32,000 nucleotides of DNA from Candidatus Methylomirabilis oxygeniifera (lineage in GTDB: Bacteria > Methylomirabilota > Methylomirabilia > Methylomirabilales > Methylomirabilaceae), in assembly GCA_000091165.1 (NCBI GenBank), contig FP565575.1:2100001-2132000 (forward strand), written 5' to 3'. The notes under the pieces were generated by a model. It searched no databases. It was not told where the DNA came from and saw nothing but the letters and a program-made list of their open reading frames with translations. Of the stretch, positions 14,848-25,466 are shown piece after piece (position 1 is the first letter of the stretch; every line of letters begins with the position of its first letter). The position numbers were made by a program, and so were the translations under genes.

Positions 14848-17370
14848 ATGAAAGCCGTAATCATGGCCGGCGGATTCGGAACTCGGCTGCGGCCGTTAAC
14901 GGCCAACCTTCCAAAGCCGATGATCCCGATGGCTGCCAAGCCGCTCATGGAGCATACTGTCGCGCTGCTCAAAGATCACGGCTTTGACGACCTGATCACC
15001 CTCCTCTACTTCCAACCGGATACGATCGAGCGTTACTTCGGCGACGGCGCCGAGTTCGGCGTCAAGATGGTCTATGCCACCGCTACCGAGGATTATGGGA
15101 CGGCCGGAGCGGTGAAGAACGCTGAAGCCTTTCTCGACGGGACGTTCCTGGTCACCAGCGGCGATATCCTCACCGATTTCGATCTCTCGGAGGCGGTGAA
15201 GGTCCACAAGAATCGCGGCGCTCTGGCCACGATCGTGCTGACCAGAGTCGAAAATCCACTCCAGTACGGTGTGGTCATCACCGCTTCCGACGGCCGTATC
15301 ACGCACTTTCTCGAAAAGCCGACCTGGGGCGAGGTCCTGAGCGATACCGTCAACACCGGCATCTACATCCTTGAACCCGAGGTGCTTGAACTGATCCCGA
15401 CCGGAGTAGAGTTCGACTTCAGCCGCGATCTATTTCCACGGCTGATGGAGGAGGGCCGCGCCCTGTACGGACATGTGGCAACCGGCTACTGGAAGGATGT
15501 GGGCGACCTGATCGAATATCGCCTTGCGCATCGGGACATCCTGGCCGGTCTGGTGAAGGTCGCGCTTCCCGGAAAGCCGGTGGAGGGACTCGACAAACCG
15601 ATCTGGCTTGGCGAGGGAAGTCGCGTCGATTTCACCGCGTCACTGAAAGACGGCGTCCTAATCGGGAAGCACACACAGGTCGGGGCCAACACCTACATCA
15701 CGCGCAGCGTCATCGGCGACAACTGCGTCATCGAAGAGGGCGCCGTCATCATCGGTTCGATCCTCTGGAATAATGTATTCATCGGCTCTCGTGCTGTCCT
15801 GAAAGAGAACGTGGTCGGCCAGGCAAGTGAGATCAAGGCCAACGCCCGCATCTTCGAGGGCGCGTTAATCAGCGAACAGTGCAAAGTCGGCGAGGGGTCC
15901 GTCGTCAAGGCCGATGTGAAGGTGTGGCCCCACAAGGTAATCGAGGACGGCGCCGTTCTGGCCACCAGTCTGATCTGGGGCCAGAAATGGTCTCGGTCTC
16001 TGTTCGGGGCCTACGGTGTAACCGGGTTGGCAAATCTCGAGATCTCGCCGGAGTTCGGGGCCAAACTCGGGGCCTGCTTTGGGGCAACCCTCCGGATGGG
16101 GTCGATCGTCAGAACCAGTCGCGATAGTCACCAGGCCTCCCATATGGTCAAGCGGGCTGTTATCAGCGGCCTCCTTTCCGCCGGCGTCAGTGTGCGCGAT
16201 TTCCGCGTCGCCCCTATCCCGGTGGTCCGGTACAAGATGAGCGCGCGCGGCGCCGTAGGCGGCGTGCACGTCCGAAAATCGCCCTTCGACCCCGAGTTGA
16301 TCGACATCATCTTCTTTGACGAGCGCGGAATGGATATCCCATCCGGCCGAGAGAAAAGTATCGAACGGCTCTTCTTCCGGGAAGATTTCCGCCGCGCCAA
16401 GGTCGATGAAATCGGCCGCATCTCCCCTCCTCCGTACGGCATGGAATATTATCAGGACGGAGTGCTGAGCTTTATCGATCGGGATGTGCTGCGCCGTCGC
16501 AACTTCAGGATCGTCATCGACTATGCCTACGGCTCGGCGTCGGTCATCCTCCCGCAGATCTTCGGAATGCTGGGGTGCGAGGTGATCGCACTGAACGGCT
16601 GCATGGACGAAAGCAAAATCACCAAAAGCGCAGAAGGATTCCGTCGCTCGCAGCAACAGCTCTCGGAGATCGTCAGAAGCCTTGGAGCAGACCTGGGAAT
16701 CATGCTTGACGCCGGGGGGGAAAAGATCTTCATTGTCGATGACGTCGGTAACCTGCTGAGCGACGACCTGGCTCTGGCGGTCATGGCCCTGCTGGTGATG
16801 CGGACCCATTGTCCGGCAGTGATCGCCATTCCGATCACTGCCGGTACGGCGATAGAAGCGTTGGCTCGCGAATCGGGCTTTAGAGTCCTCAGAACAAGAA
16901 CGGCCCCACGAGCATTGATGGAAGCGGCGACTCAGGAGGACGTTGTTTTCGTGGGCGATGGTCTCGGCGGTTTCATCTTTTCCCAGTTCCAACCGGCCTT
17001 TGACGGGATGCTGGCTATTTTGAAGCTTCTGGAAATGCTCGCAGCCCAGGATCTCCGATTGCATCAGATGATCCTGTCTATTCCTCAGCGTTTCAAATAC
17101 CGCGAGCAGGCGCCATGTTCCTGGGAGCGGAAGGGCGGGACGATGCGGGCGCTCATCGCAGCCACAGCAGATGATCGACCCGATCTGGTGGATGGGGTAC
17201 GGGTCCATCTTGGCGGCGACTGGGTGATCCTCTATCCGGATCACGACCGACCGTACTTCCATATCATTGCCGAAGCCGACACGCTCGCGCGGGCAGAAGC
17301 TCATGTGGCCCGGTATCGAAAAATTCTCGACGATTGCATGAAGGGTAGCCCGGCGGAGGCCGCCCTATGA
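14848..17370 (+). CDS. Bifunctional sugar nucleotidyltransferase (mannose-1-phosphate guanylyltransferase-like) with hexapeptide repeats fused to phosphomannomutase-like domain
   Basis: MKAVIMAGGFGTRLRPLTANLPKPMIP; left-handed beta helix region; C-terminal phosphohexomutase-like region starting GATLRMGSIVRTSRDSHQASHMVKRAVISGL. Confidence 0.9.
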   Translation: MKAVIMAGGFGTRLRPLTANLPKPMIPMAAKPLMEHTVALLKDHGFDDLITLLYFQPDTIERYFGDGAEFGVKMVYATATEDYGTAGAVKNAEAFLDGTFLVTSGDILTDFDLSEAVKVHKNRGALATIVLTRVENPLQYGVVITASDGRITHFLEKPTWGEVLSDTVNTGIYILEPEVLELIPTGVEFDFSRDLFPRLMEEGRALYGHVATGYWKDVGDLIEYRLAHRDILAGLVKVALPGKPVEGLDKPIWLGEGSRVDFTASLKDGVLIGKHTQVGANTYITRSVIGDNCVIEEGAVIIGSILWNNVFIGSRAVLKENVVGQASEIKANARIFEGALISEQCKVGEGSVVKADVKVWPHKVIEDGAVLATSLIWGQKWSRSLFGAYGVTGLANLEISPEFGAKLGACFGATLRMGSIVRTSRDSHQASHMVKRAVISGLLSAGVSVRDFRVAPIPVVRYKMSARGAVGGVHVRKSPFDPELIDIIFFDERGMDIPSGREKSIERLFFREDFRRAKVDEIGRISPPPYGMEYYQDGVLSFIDRDVLRRRNFRIVIDYAYGSASVILPQIFGMLGCEVIALNGCMDESKITKSAEGFRRSQQQLSEIVRSLGADLGIMLDAGGEKIFIVDDVGNLLSDDLALAVMALLVMRTHCPAVIAIPITAGTAIEALARESGFRVLRTRTAPRALMEAATQEDVVFVGDGLGGFIFSQFQPAFDGMLAILKLLEMLAAQDLRLHQMILSIPQRFKYREQAPCSWERKGGTMRALIAATADDRPDLVDGVRVHLGGDWVILYPDHDRPYFHIIAEADTLARAEAHVARYRKILDDCMKGSPAEAAL

Positions 17371-18791
17371 AACAGATCCGGTTCGGCACCTCGGGCTGGC
17401 GCGATGTAATCGCCGATCACTTCACTTTTGCCAATGTTCGTCTTGTGGCGCGGGCCATCGCAGAGCAGTTACTCGCCGAAGGGATCGATCAACCGCAGAT
17501 CGTCGTGGGGTACGATACACGCTTTCTCTCGGAAGCGTTCGCGGCTGAGGCGGCGGCAGTCTTGGGGGCGCACGGTGTCCGGGTCTGGCTCACCGATCGG
17601 GATGCGCCAACGCCGGTTATCGCGTACGAGGTGACCCGCCGCGGCGCAGCCGGCGGTCTGAACATTACGGCCAGCCACAACCCGCCAGAATATAACGGGC
17701 TTAAATTTTCCGGCCCCTCCGGCGGCCCGGTCCTTCCAGTAGTTACCGACAGAATTGAAAGGAGGGTCCAGGAGCTACTGGCACAACCCGAGATCCAGTA
17801 TCCTCCGCTTGAAGAGCTAGCGGCTAAGGGTCTGGTGGTACGGATCGACCCACGGCCGACATACCTGGACCGACTGAGAAAGTTGGTGAATCTACGCACG
17901 ATCGCTGCAGCGCGTCTGAAGGTGGCGGTCGACCTGCTCTATGGGACCGCCGGGGGCTACTTGGACGAAATATTGCGCGAAGCGGGGTGTGACGTACAGA
18001 CCCTGCACGGATCCAGAAATCCCGCATTCGGCGGTATGGCGCCGGATCCCTCGGAAATGAACCTGCGGGAGCTTACGACGGTCGTACGGTCTGACGGATG
18101 TCATCTTGGGTTAGCCACCGACGGCGATGCCGATCGATATGGGATCATCGACCGGGACGGCCGCTTCATCGAGCCGAACTATATCCTGGCCCTTCTCCTA
18201 CGGCATCTGATCAACACTCGCGGCTGGCGTATGGGAGTCGCTCGATCGGTCGCCACCAGCCATCTGGTCGATGCGGTCGCTCGACCGCGTGGGGTCCCGA
18301 TCTATGAAACCAAGGTCGGCTTCAAATACCTTGGCGAGCTTATTGCTCAGGGCAAGGTCGCGCTCTGTGGCGAGGAAAGCGCCGGCCTGTCGATGCTAGG
18401 GCACGTACCCGAAAAGGATGGTATTCTTGCCGCCCTCTTAGTCACGGAAATGATCGCCATGGCCGAGGGGTCCAGCGTCCAAGGTCTGCTCGATACGCTC
18501 TATGCCGAGGTGGGGAGCACGATTTACGCCCGCCGCCTGAACCTTCATCTTACATCAGAGCAGCAAGGACGCCTGGCCGATCGTTTGAAAGAGTTACCGA
18601 CACGGGTGGCCGGACTTACGGTGGTAGAGGTGAATCGCCTGGACGGCACAAAGCTGCTACTTGAGGATGGCAGTTGGTTCCTGGTACGGACTTCCGGAAC
18701 AGAACCGGTCGTGCGTCTCTACCTGGACGCGCATTCCGAGGCACAAATCGAAGAGTTGACGGCAGCGGCGCGGGCGCTTCTCGATGTCTGA
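17367..18791 (+). CDS. Phosphoglucomutase/phosphomannomutase
   Basis: IRFGTSGWRDVIA, NITASHNPPEYNGLKFSGP active site, ATDGDADRYG, RTSGTEPVVRLY; overlaps previous CDS by ATGA. Confidence 0.95.
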   Translation: MKQIRFGTSGWRDVIADHFTFANVRLVARAIAEQLLAEGIDQPQIVVGYDTRFLSEAFAAEAAAVLGAHGVRVWLTDRDAPTPVIAYEVTRRGAAGGLNITASHNPPEYNGLKFSGPSGGPVLPVVTDRIERRVQELLAQPEIQYPPLEELAAKGLVVRIDPRPTYLDRLRKLVNLRTIAAARLKVAVDLLYGTAGGYLDEILREAGCDVQTLHGSRNPAFGGMAPDPSEMNLRELTTVVRSDGCHLGLATDGDADRYGIIDRDGRFIEPNYILALLLRHLINTRGWRMGVARSVATSHLVDAVARPRGVPIYETKVGFKYLGELIAQGKVALCGEESAGLSMLGHVPEKDGILAALLVTEMIAMAEGSSVQGLLDTLYAEVGSTIYARRLNLHLTSEQQGRLADRLKELPTRVAGLTVVEVNRLDGTKLLLEDGSWFLVRTSGTEPVVRLYLDAHSEAQIEELTAAARALLDV

Positions 18792-18805
18792 CAATTGGGG
18801 ATGAG

Positions 18806-19177
18806 GTGAGAAAGCAGACGGGACCGGTTCTCACTGGCACACAGGAAGAGATCACGGCGGCGAAGAGTTCCCGTAAACGGTGGCTCGTCTTCCTTGCCGG
18901 ACTGGCGATTCTAATCGCAGTAGCCTCTGTAGTCGGAAAAAAGAGCTTCGTCAAGGTCCTCCAGATGAGCAAAACCCGGACTGAGCTTCAGCAAGAGATC
19001 ACACGGTTGAAGCAGGTCAACGAGGGGCTGACTCGGGAGATCCGGTCCTTCGCCAATAATCCGAGTCAGGTCGAGGCGATTGCTCGCGAGGATCTCGGAC
19101 TGGTAAAACCTGGGGAAATCGTATACCAGTTCGGTCAGCCGAGGCCGTCCACCGCTTTACCCGCCTCCTCCCGTTAA
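18806..19177 (+). CDS. Septum formation initiator (FtsB/DivIC) family protein; start uncertain
   Basis: One N-terminal TM followed by coiled coil KTRTELQQEITRLKQVNEGLTREIRSFANNPSQVEAIAREDLGLVKPGEIVYQF. Confidence 0.85.
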   Translation: MRKQTGPVLTGTQEEITAAKSSRKRWLVFLAGLAILIAVASVVGKKSFVKVLQMSKTRTELQQEITRLKQVNEGLTREIRSFANNPSQVEAIAREDLGLVKPGEIVYQFGQPRPSTALPASSR

Positions 19178-19423
19178 AGGTTCGCATCGGCACCCGCCAT
19201 ACCCTCCACGGTGTTCGGAAGAGCGATTATTTCCGGCAGGACTTTTGCGCTTGACAATGCCCGGTGGTTTCGTGTATTCGTATTGTTAATAGACGGCGTA
19301 TAGCTGAGGTAGCAGTAAGAGGCCTCAGGGGTATAGTGCTCCGGTCGCGATTCGCTTGGCTGCAAGGCGATTTCTCACCAGAGTGGTTAGTCAACAGTTG
19401 TAGTAAAAAGGAGACGACGTCAG

Positions 19424-19552
19424 ATGGCAGGTATGGCGAATGTTGTACTCGGTATTCTTATGACACCGATGGGGGCTCTCGCTGGGCTCGTCGCAGTTGT
19501 CGTGCTTGTTCTTTTCGCTCGATGGGTCTTTACCGACCAGCCGCAGAAATAG
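19424..19552 (+). CDS. 42-aa single-transmembrane micro-ORF (MAGMANVVLGILMTPMGALAGLVAVVVLVLFARWVFTDQPQK)
   Basis: AAAAGGAG about 9 nt before ATG; hydrophobic helix with positively charged then polar tail; absent from supplied ORF track because of size. Confidence 0.65.
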   Translation: MAGMANVVLGILMTPMGALAGLVAVVVLVLFARWVFTDQPQK

Positions 19553-19802
19553 ATAGCCGCACACAAACCTTCCATTACGTCCTGTATGTACGAGGGAATC
19601 GAAGGCCTACAGGGGTGGGCCTTTGATCTTTCCTGTCTGTCTGCATGCAGTACCTCAGCGTTGAACGTCAGCCTTTTCAGTGAGCCAAAAGCGCTTGCCA
19701 TACGCTCACGATCTGGCTATACTACTGCTATTAATGAACTACCACGCAGCAAGCTGAGGGGTATCAACTTCTGTTCTGGCCCGTCCTTCCGTGCTTGGTG
19801 AG

Positions 19803-19870
19803 CCTGCCCCGTACTTGATACGGGGGAATCCAGCCTGGCCCTCTGGATACCAGCTTTCGCCGGTATGACG
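19803..19870. repeat. Dispersed intergenic repeat, copy B
   Basis: CCCGTACTTGATACGGGGGAATCCAGCCTGGCCCTCTGGATACCAGCTTTCGCCGGTATGAC; same block order as 3725..3787. Confidence 0.6.
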
Positions 19871-19973
19871 CACTCGCGGCAAGCCGCGGGGAATGAACCT
19901 CCAGTGGATTCAAGCGGACAGCGGACTTAGCGTTGATGGTCGGCGCAGTGCAGCAACAAGGAGAGCGGTGGCA

Positions 19974-21128
19974 GTGAAACGCGTAAGTATTCTCGGCTCA
20001 ACGGGGACCATCGGGGTCAAAGCATTAGCAATGATTGATCTGCACCGCGACTCCTTTGAGGTAGTAGCCCTTGCGGCCAGGGAGAATATCGATCTCCTGG
20101 AGCAGCAGATCAGGCGGTTCTCCCCTCGCGTTGTCGCTGTCGGAACGTCCAAGGCCGCCACAGCGCTAAAGGAACGGGTCCAAGACGTCTCTGTTGAGAT
20201 CGGGTGGGGAGACGAGGGCGTGTTGGGTGTTGCCACCGCGTCGGAAGCCGACATCGTCCTTACCGCGATCGTCGGCGCGGCAGGCCTGCTGCCGAGTCTC
20301 GCCGCCATCCAGGCGGGAAAAGATATTGCCCTCGCGACGAAAGAGGTCATGGTCATGGCGGGGGAGCTGGTGATTGCCGAGGCTCAAGCGCGGGGTATTC
20401 GACTACTTCCCGTCGATAGTGAACATTCGGCTATCTTCCAGTGTCTTGGGGGACAACATAGCTGCGCGTATTTAAAGCGAGTGCTCTTGACGTCTTCTGG
20501 GGGACCGTTTCGACAGCGTCCGAAGGAACAGTTTGCTGCCATCACCCCAAAAGAGGCACTGAAGCACCCAACGTGGGTGATGGGCAAGAAGATCACCATC
20601 GATTCGGCCACCCTGATGAATAAAGGGTTGGAAGTCATCGAGGCCAGTTGGTTTTTTTCCCTCACACCGCAACAGATCGACGTCATCATCCACCCGCAGA
20701 GCATCATCCATTCGATGGTGGAGTTCATGGATGGGGCGATCCTGGCTCAGATGGGGGTAACCGACATGGGACTGCCGATCCTGTACGCTCTCTCATACCC
20801 TGACCGTCTTCAGACTCCACTACCGCCCCTCGACCTGAATGCCCTGTCTGCGTTAACCTTCGAACCGGTTGACCACGAAAGGTTCCCGTGCCTCGGGTTT
20901 GCCTATCAGGCGCTTCAGGCCGGCGGAACATATCCGGCCGTTCTCAATGCGGCCAACGAAGTGGCGGTGGACCTGTTCCTCTCCGAACGGATTAGCTTCC
21001 CTGATATTGCCGCCCTCATCGCGAAGGCAATGGATCGTCACAAAGGTCGTAAGATCGATTCTATTGAAGTTGCCCTGGATGCTGATCGTGAAGCCAGGGA
21101 GCTGGTTTTGGCAGCACTGCATACGTAA
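19974..21128 (+). CDS. dxr: 1-deoxy-D-xylulose 5-phosphate reductoisomerase
   Basis: VKRVSILGSTGTIG, ALAATKEVMVMAGELV, DSEHSAIFQCL, NKGLEVIEASWFF; GTG start with AAGGAGAG SD. Confidence 0.96.
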   Translation: MKRVSILGSTGTIGVKALAMIDLHRDSFEVVALAARENIDLLEQQIRRFSPRVVAVGTSKAATALKERVQDVSVEIGWGDEGVLGVATASEADIVLTAIVGAAGLLPSLAAIQAGKDIALATKEVMVMAGELVIAEAQARGIRLLPVDSEHSAIFQCLGGQHSCAYLKRVLLTSSGGPFRQRPKEQFAAITPKEALKHPTWVMGKKITIDSATLMNKGLEVIEASWFFSLTPQQIDVIIHPQSIIHSMVEFMDGAILAQMGVTDMGLPILYALSYPDRLQTPLPPLDLNALSALTFEPVDHERFPCLGFAYQALQAGGTYPAVLNAANEVAVDLFLSERISFPDIAALIAKAMDRHKGRKIDSIEVALDADREARELVLAALHT

Positions 21129-21143
21129 GGTAAGGAAAAGGGC

Positions 21144-22286
21144 TTGTACGCCGGCATGATAGCCTTAGTATCCGCGGTTGCTTTCAGCCTCTTTGATGTC
21201 GTCGATCCTCGACCGCTCCTCTCTCGTCTTGACTATCTCCTCTGGGCGATCCTCGTCCTGGGCGGACTCATCTTCGTTCACGAGCTCGGCCACTTCCTGG
21301 TCGCCAAGCGGGCGGGGGTCAGGGTCCTGAAGTTTTCCCTCGGTTTCGGTCCGAAGATCATCGGGTTTACGCGCGGCGGGACCGAATATCTCCTGTCCGC
21401 TATTCCGTTGGGCGGGTATGTCAAGATGCTCGGAGAGGATCCGCAGGAAGAGGTCGCCGACCCGGAGGGATCGTTTTCCGCAAAGCCTGTCGGGTGGCGA
21501 TCGCTGATCATCCTGGCCGGCCCAGGATCCAATTTTCTCCTTGCGATCACCATCTTTTGGATAGTGTTCACGCTTGGCGTTCCGACTCTCGCCACCAAGG
21601 TGGGGGAAGTCATGCAGGACTTTCCGGCACACGATGCCGGCGTGAAGACCGGCGATCGAATTACGGCAATCGACGGGTACGCCATTGAGAAGTGGGAAGA
21701 ACTGGCATCCCAGATTCATAAAAGTCCGGGGCGGCCTATTCGCCTGACAGTTGAAAGAGCGGGAAGTCGGTTTGATCTGGTGGTCGCTCCAAAGGCCACT
21801 CGTCAGAAGAACCTCTTTGGAGAGGAGCAGGAGGTCGGTCTGCTCGGGATCGCGCCGGCGGAGGAGTTCCTGACCGAGCGGACCAATCCGGTCACCGCAT
21901 TAGGAAAAGCACTCTACAAGACATACGATCTCAGTCGACTGATTTTACTGACCTTTGTCAAACTGATCCAAGGTGTCGTCCCGGCTAAGACCATTGGCGG
22001 ACCGCTCCTGGTTGCACAGATGGCCGGCCAGCAGGCGCGCCAAGGTGTCTTGAATCTCATGTTCTTTACCGCGCTGCTGTCCATCAACTTGGGGATCCTG
22101 AATCTGCTTCCGATCCCCATTCTGGACGGTGGACACCTGTTCTTCGCCCTGATTGAAGCCGTTCGCGGCAAACCGGTCAGCCTTCAGAAGCGAGAGATGG
22201 CTCAGCAGGTTGGACTGGCCCTGTTGGTCGCCCTCATGATTTTTGCCTTCTACAACGATATCTTCCGCCTGTTGGGAAGACAGTAG
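21144..22286 (+). CDS. rseP: Site-2 intramembrane metalloprotease RseP
   Basis: FVHELGHFLVAKRAGVRV, GGYVKMLGE, PDZ-like domain, NLLPIPILDGGHL. Confidence 0.95.
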   Translation: MYAGMIALVSAVAFSLFDVVDPRPLLSRLDYLLWAILVLGGLIFVHELGHFLVAKRAGVRVLKFSLGFGPKIIGFTRGGTEYLLSAIPLGGYVKMLGEDPQEEVADPEGSFSAKPVGWRSLIILAGPGSNFLLAITIFWIVFTLGVPTLATKVGEVMQDFPAHDAGVKTGDRITAIDGYAIEKWEELASQIHKSPGRPIRLTVERAGSRFDLVVAPKATRQKNLFGEEQEVGLLGIAPAEEFLTERTNPVTALGKALYKTYDLSRLILLTFVKLIQGVVPAKTIGGPLLVAQMAGQQARQGVLNLMFFTALLSINLGILNLLPIPILDGGHLFFALIEAVRGKPVSLQKREMAQQVGLALLVALMIFAFYNDIFRLLGRQ

Positions 22287-22337
22287 GAAGGCAGCCTTCA
22301 GCTTTCAGCTGATAGCTGACCGCTAGTCTAAGAAACT

Positions 22338-23414
22338 ATGATCGAACGACGCAAGACACGACAGATTCAGGTGGGAGCAGTCAAAATAGGCGGTGAGACG
22401 CCGGTGTCGGTCCAGTCGATGACAAAAACCGATACGCGGGACGTCCGGGCTACAGTGGATCAGATCTGGGCATTGGAGGTAGCCGGATGTGACATTGTGC
22501 GGATCGGCGTCCCCGAGAAAGAAGCGGCAGAAAAACTGTGGGAAATCCGTAAGCAGATCCGGATCCCGTTGATCGCCGACATTCACTTCGATTACAGGCT
22601 CGCTCTGATCGCTCTCGAACAAGGCGTGGACGGCCTCCGCCTGAACCCCGGCAACATTGGAGACCGTTCTCGCGTGGAGGAGATCGTCAAGGCGGCCACC
22701 GAGCGAAAAATTCCGATTCGCATCGGCGTCAATGCCGGATCTCTGGAGAAGGATTTGCTGGCCAGAGATGGCGGGCCGACTCCAAAGGGAATGGTGGAAA
22801 GCGCCCTGCGCCACATTCGTATCCTCGAAGATCTTAACTATCCTGAGATGAAGGTCTCGTTGAAGGCCTCTGATCCCCTGATGATGATCGAGGCATATCG
22901 CCTCCTGGCGGAAAAGATCGAGTATCCCCTCCACCTTGGCGTGACGGAGGCCGGGACGCCTGGGGTGGGAACGATCAGGTCGGCCGTTGGCATCGGGACA
23001 CTGCTGGCCGAGGGGATCGGCGATACCATCCGAGTGTCGCTCTCGGCCGATCCCGTCGAAGAGATCAAGGCTGGGGTTGAAATCTTGAAGTCGCTCGGGC
23101 TTCGGAGAGGTGGGCTCACGTTGGTTGCCTGTCCGTCTTGCGCAAGAGCCGATATCGATCTGGTTCCCCTCGCCCAGGAGGTGGAGCGTCGACTGGCGGG
23201 GATCACGAAGGAGATTCACGTCGCCGTGATGGGGTGTGAGGTAAACGGACCGGGGGAGGCCAGAGGAGCCGACATCGGAGTGGCCGGCGGCAAGGGGATC
23301 GGCTGGATCTTCAGGAAGGGAGAGGCGGCTCGGAAAGTGAAGGAGTCCGAGATCGTCGACGCCCTGGTCGAGGAGGTCAACAGGATGGTGGCAGGAAACG
23401 ACGGTCACACGTAA
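22338..23414 (+). CDS. ispG: 4-hydroxy-3-methylbut-2-en-1-yl diphosphate synthase
   Basis: IQVGAVKIGGETPVSVQSMTKTDTRD; IADIHFDYRLAL; CPSCAR and CEVNGPGEARGADIGVAGG. Confidence 0.97.
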   Translation: MIERRKTRQIQVGAVKIGGETPVSVQSMTKTDTRDVRATVDQIWALEVAGCDIVRIGVPEKEAAEKLWEIRKQIRIPLIADIHFDYRLALIALEQGVDGLRLNPGNIGDRSRVEEIVKAATERKIPIRIGVNAGSLEKDLLARDGGPTPKGMVESALRHIRILEDLNYPEMKVSLKASDPLMMIEAYRLLAEKIEYPLHLGVTEAGTPGVGTIRSAVGIGTLLAEGIGDTIRVSLSADPVEEIKAGVEILKSLGLRRGGLTLVACPSCARADIDLVPLAQEVERRLAGITKEIHVAVMGCEVNGPGEARGADIGVAGGKGIGWIFRKGEAARKVKESEIVDALVEEVNRMVAGNDGHT

Positions 23415-23571
23415 ACCCAAAGCGTTCAGCTATCAGCCATCAGCTTTCAGCGCACACCAAGGGCGGCGAGCGAAGCCCGTTATCGGCGGAAAGAGCTTGT
23501 ACACCACTTGGTGTTTTTCTTCGCTGATTGCTGAACGCTGACAGCTATCTGCTTCCTTTAATTGGAATGCC

Positions 23572-25290
23572 ATGCGTTGGACGAGATCACTGATTCCGAC
23601 ACTGAAAGAAGAGCCCGCTGAAGCCGAAGCGATCAGTCACAAGCTGATGGTCCGCGCCGGTCTGGTCCGACAGCTTGCGGCCGGGATCTACATCACCCTC
23701 CCGCTTGGCCAGCGAGTGATGGATAAGATCAGTGCCATCATCCGCGAGGAGATGAACCGGATCGACGGCCAGGAGATCACCATGCCGGTCCTGCACCCGG
23801 CGGAGCTGTGGCAGCAGACCGGGCGATGGGCCACGATCGGCGAGGAGATGTTTCGGCTGTACGATCGCGGCAAGCGACAGATGTGTCTGGGGATGACCCA
23901 CGAAGAGGTTGTCGCCTGGCTCGCGGCGCGCGAGATCCGATCCTACCGAGACCTCCCGCAGACCTGGTATCAGATCCAGACTAAGTTGCGGGATGAAGCA
24001 AGACCCAAGAGCGGCGTCCTGCGGACGCGGGAATTCGTGATGAAGGACTCCTACTCATTGGATAGGGACGACGCGGGACTGGAGAAGAGCTACGAACTCC
24101 ACAAGGAGGCATATTGCCGCATCTTCACGCGGTGCGGCCTATCGTTTCATGCTGTCGAAAGCGACCCGGGGATGATGGGCGGCGCAGTCGCGCACGAGTT
24201 CATGGCGCCGAGCGAAGCCGGGGAGGATGAGATTGCCCTGTGCGATCGCTGCGGCTACTCGGCCAATATCGAACTGGCTGTCTCCAGGCCGCGAAGCCCG
24301 GTCTTCACGACGTGGGACCTGGAGGAGATCGCCACGCCGGGCGCCGGAACCATCGAAGAGGTGTGCCGCCTTCTGCAGATCGATCCGGCCGTAACGATCA
24401 AGTCGTTGCTGCTCATCACAACAGATGGTCCGCTCCTGGCCCTCCTGAGAGGCGATCAGCAGCTCCACGAGAAAAAGCTGGCGAAGGTGGTTGGAGAGGC
24501 TCGCTCGGCTCATCGCGACGAAATTCTGACGTACCTCCGGGTCGGACCCGGTAGCATCGGTCCCGTCGGAGTGGACCTGCCCATCATTGCGGATGAGTCG
24601 TTGCGCGAAGGTCGATATGTGGCCGGAGCCAACAAGGATGGGTTCCATCTCCGCGGTATTGCGCCAGGCGTCCACTTTCAGCCACGTTGGGCCGATATCC
24701 ACCAGGTGTCAAATGGAGATCGGTGTCCACATTGCGAGGGCAGTCTGCGTATCGAACGCGTGATCGAGATAGGGAACATCTTCAGGCTCGGAACGAAATA
24801 CTCCATCCCTATGAAGGCGGTCTATCTGAGTGAAGCGGGTGAGGAATATCCCATCGTGATGGGAAGCTACGGGATCGGGCTGGCGCGCATTGCGGCTGCG
24901 GCGGTCGAACAGCACCATGACGATCTGGGGATTATCTGGCCTTCGGCTATCGCACCCTTTCAACTCCATCTGCTGCCGGTCAATATGCGCGACCAGAAGA
25001 TGGCGGAGTTGGCGGAGGCACTCTATAGTCAACTCCAGCAGGCCGGGATCGAGACCCTCTACGATGACCGTGATGAGCGAGCTGGTGTGAAGTTCAAGGA
25101 CGCGGACCTGCTCGGCCTCCCCATGCGAATGACCATCGGAACCCGCACCCTTAAGGAGGGCATGGTTGACCTGAAGATACGAAAGACCGCTAAGGAGGTG
25201 CAGATCCCGCTCTCGGAAGCGGTCTCTACAGTGCACTCCCTTCTTTCCAGACCCGCCAAACTAGCGCCACCAAAAGCAACCCCCCCATGA
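23572..25290 (+). CDS. proS: Prolyl-tRNA synthetase
   Basis: MRWTRSLIPTLKEEPAEAEAISHKLMVRAGLVRQLAAGIYITLPLGQRV...; class II motifs; INS editing domain; GSYGIGLARIAAAAVEQHHD. Confidence 0.97.
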   Translation: MRWTRSLIPTLKEEPAEAEAISHKLMVRAGLVRQLAAGIYITLPLGQRVMDKISAIIREEMNRIDGQEITMPVLHPAELWQQTGRWATIGEEMFRLYDRGKRQMCLGMTHEEVVAWLAAREIRSYRDLPQTWYQIQTKLRDEARPKSGVLRTREFVMKDSYSLDRDDAGLEKSYELHKEAYCRIFTRCGLSFHAVESDPGMMGGAVAHEFMAPSEAGEDEIALCDRCGYSANIELAVSRPRSPVFTTWDLEEIATPGAGTIEEVCRLLQIDPAVTIKSLLLITTDGPLLALLRGDQQLHEKKLAKVVGEARSAHRDEILTYLRVGPGSIGPVGVDLPIIADESLREGRYVAGANKDGFHLRGIAPGVHFQPRWADIHQVSNGDRCPHCEGSLRIERVIEIGNIFRLGTKYSIPMKAVYLSEAGEEYPIVMGSYGIGLARIAAAAVEQHHDDLGIIWPSAIAPFQLHLLPVNMRDQKMAELAEALYSQLQQAGIETLYDDRDERAGVKFKDADLLGLPMRMTIGTRTLKEGMVDLKIRKTAKEVQIPLSEAVSTVHSLLSRPAKLAPPKATPP

Positions 25291-25316
25291 GGAGAACCGG
25301 ATCTCTATTGGGGGGG
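25280..25316 (+). terminator. C-tract/G-tract hairpin overlapping the proS stop codon
   Basis: CCCCCCCA 25280-25287 pairs with TGGGGGGG 25309-25316; no clear U-tract. Confidence 0.4.
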
Positions 25317-25466
25317 GTCGCTGACTTTACGCGTATTTGACTATATACTACAGCTTGACGACGTTAAATGCGGGAGGAGCCTATGGCAATCCGGAATTTG
25401 CCGTAGGAACGGGGATCTCATACATCAATTGGAAGGGAGAACCAGTGAGGCCCTTGTTGCCCCCAG

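Noticed and set aside
15865-17304. 479-aa minus-strand ORF opposite the nucleotidyltransferase-mutase fusion
   Set aside because: Antisense shadow of a clearly homologous plus-strand CDS; no recognisable family and unusual composition.
22323-23420. 365-aa minus-strand ORF opposite ispG
   Set aside because: Complete overlap with a highly conserved gene in the opposite strand; frame open because of codon bias.
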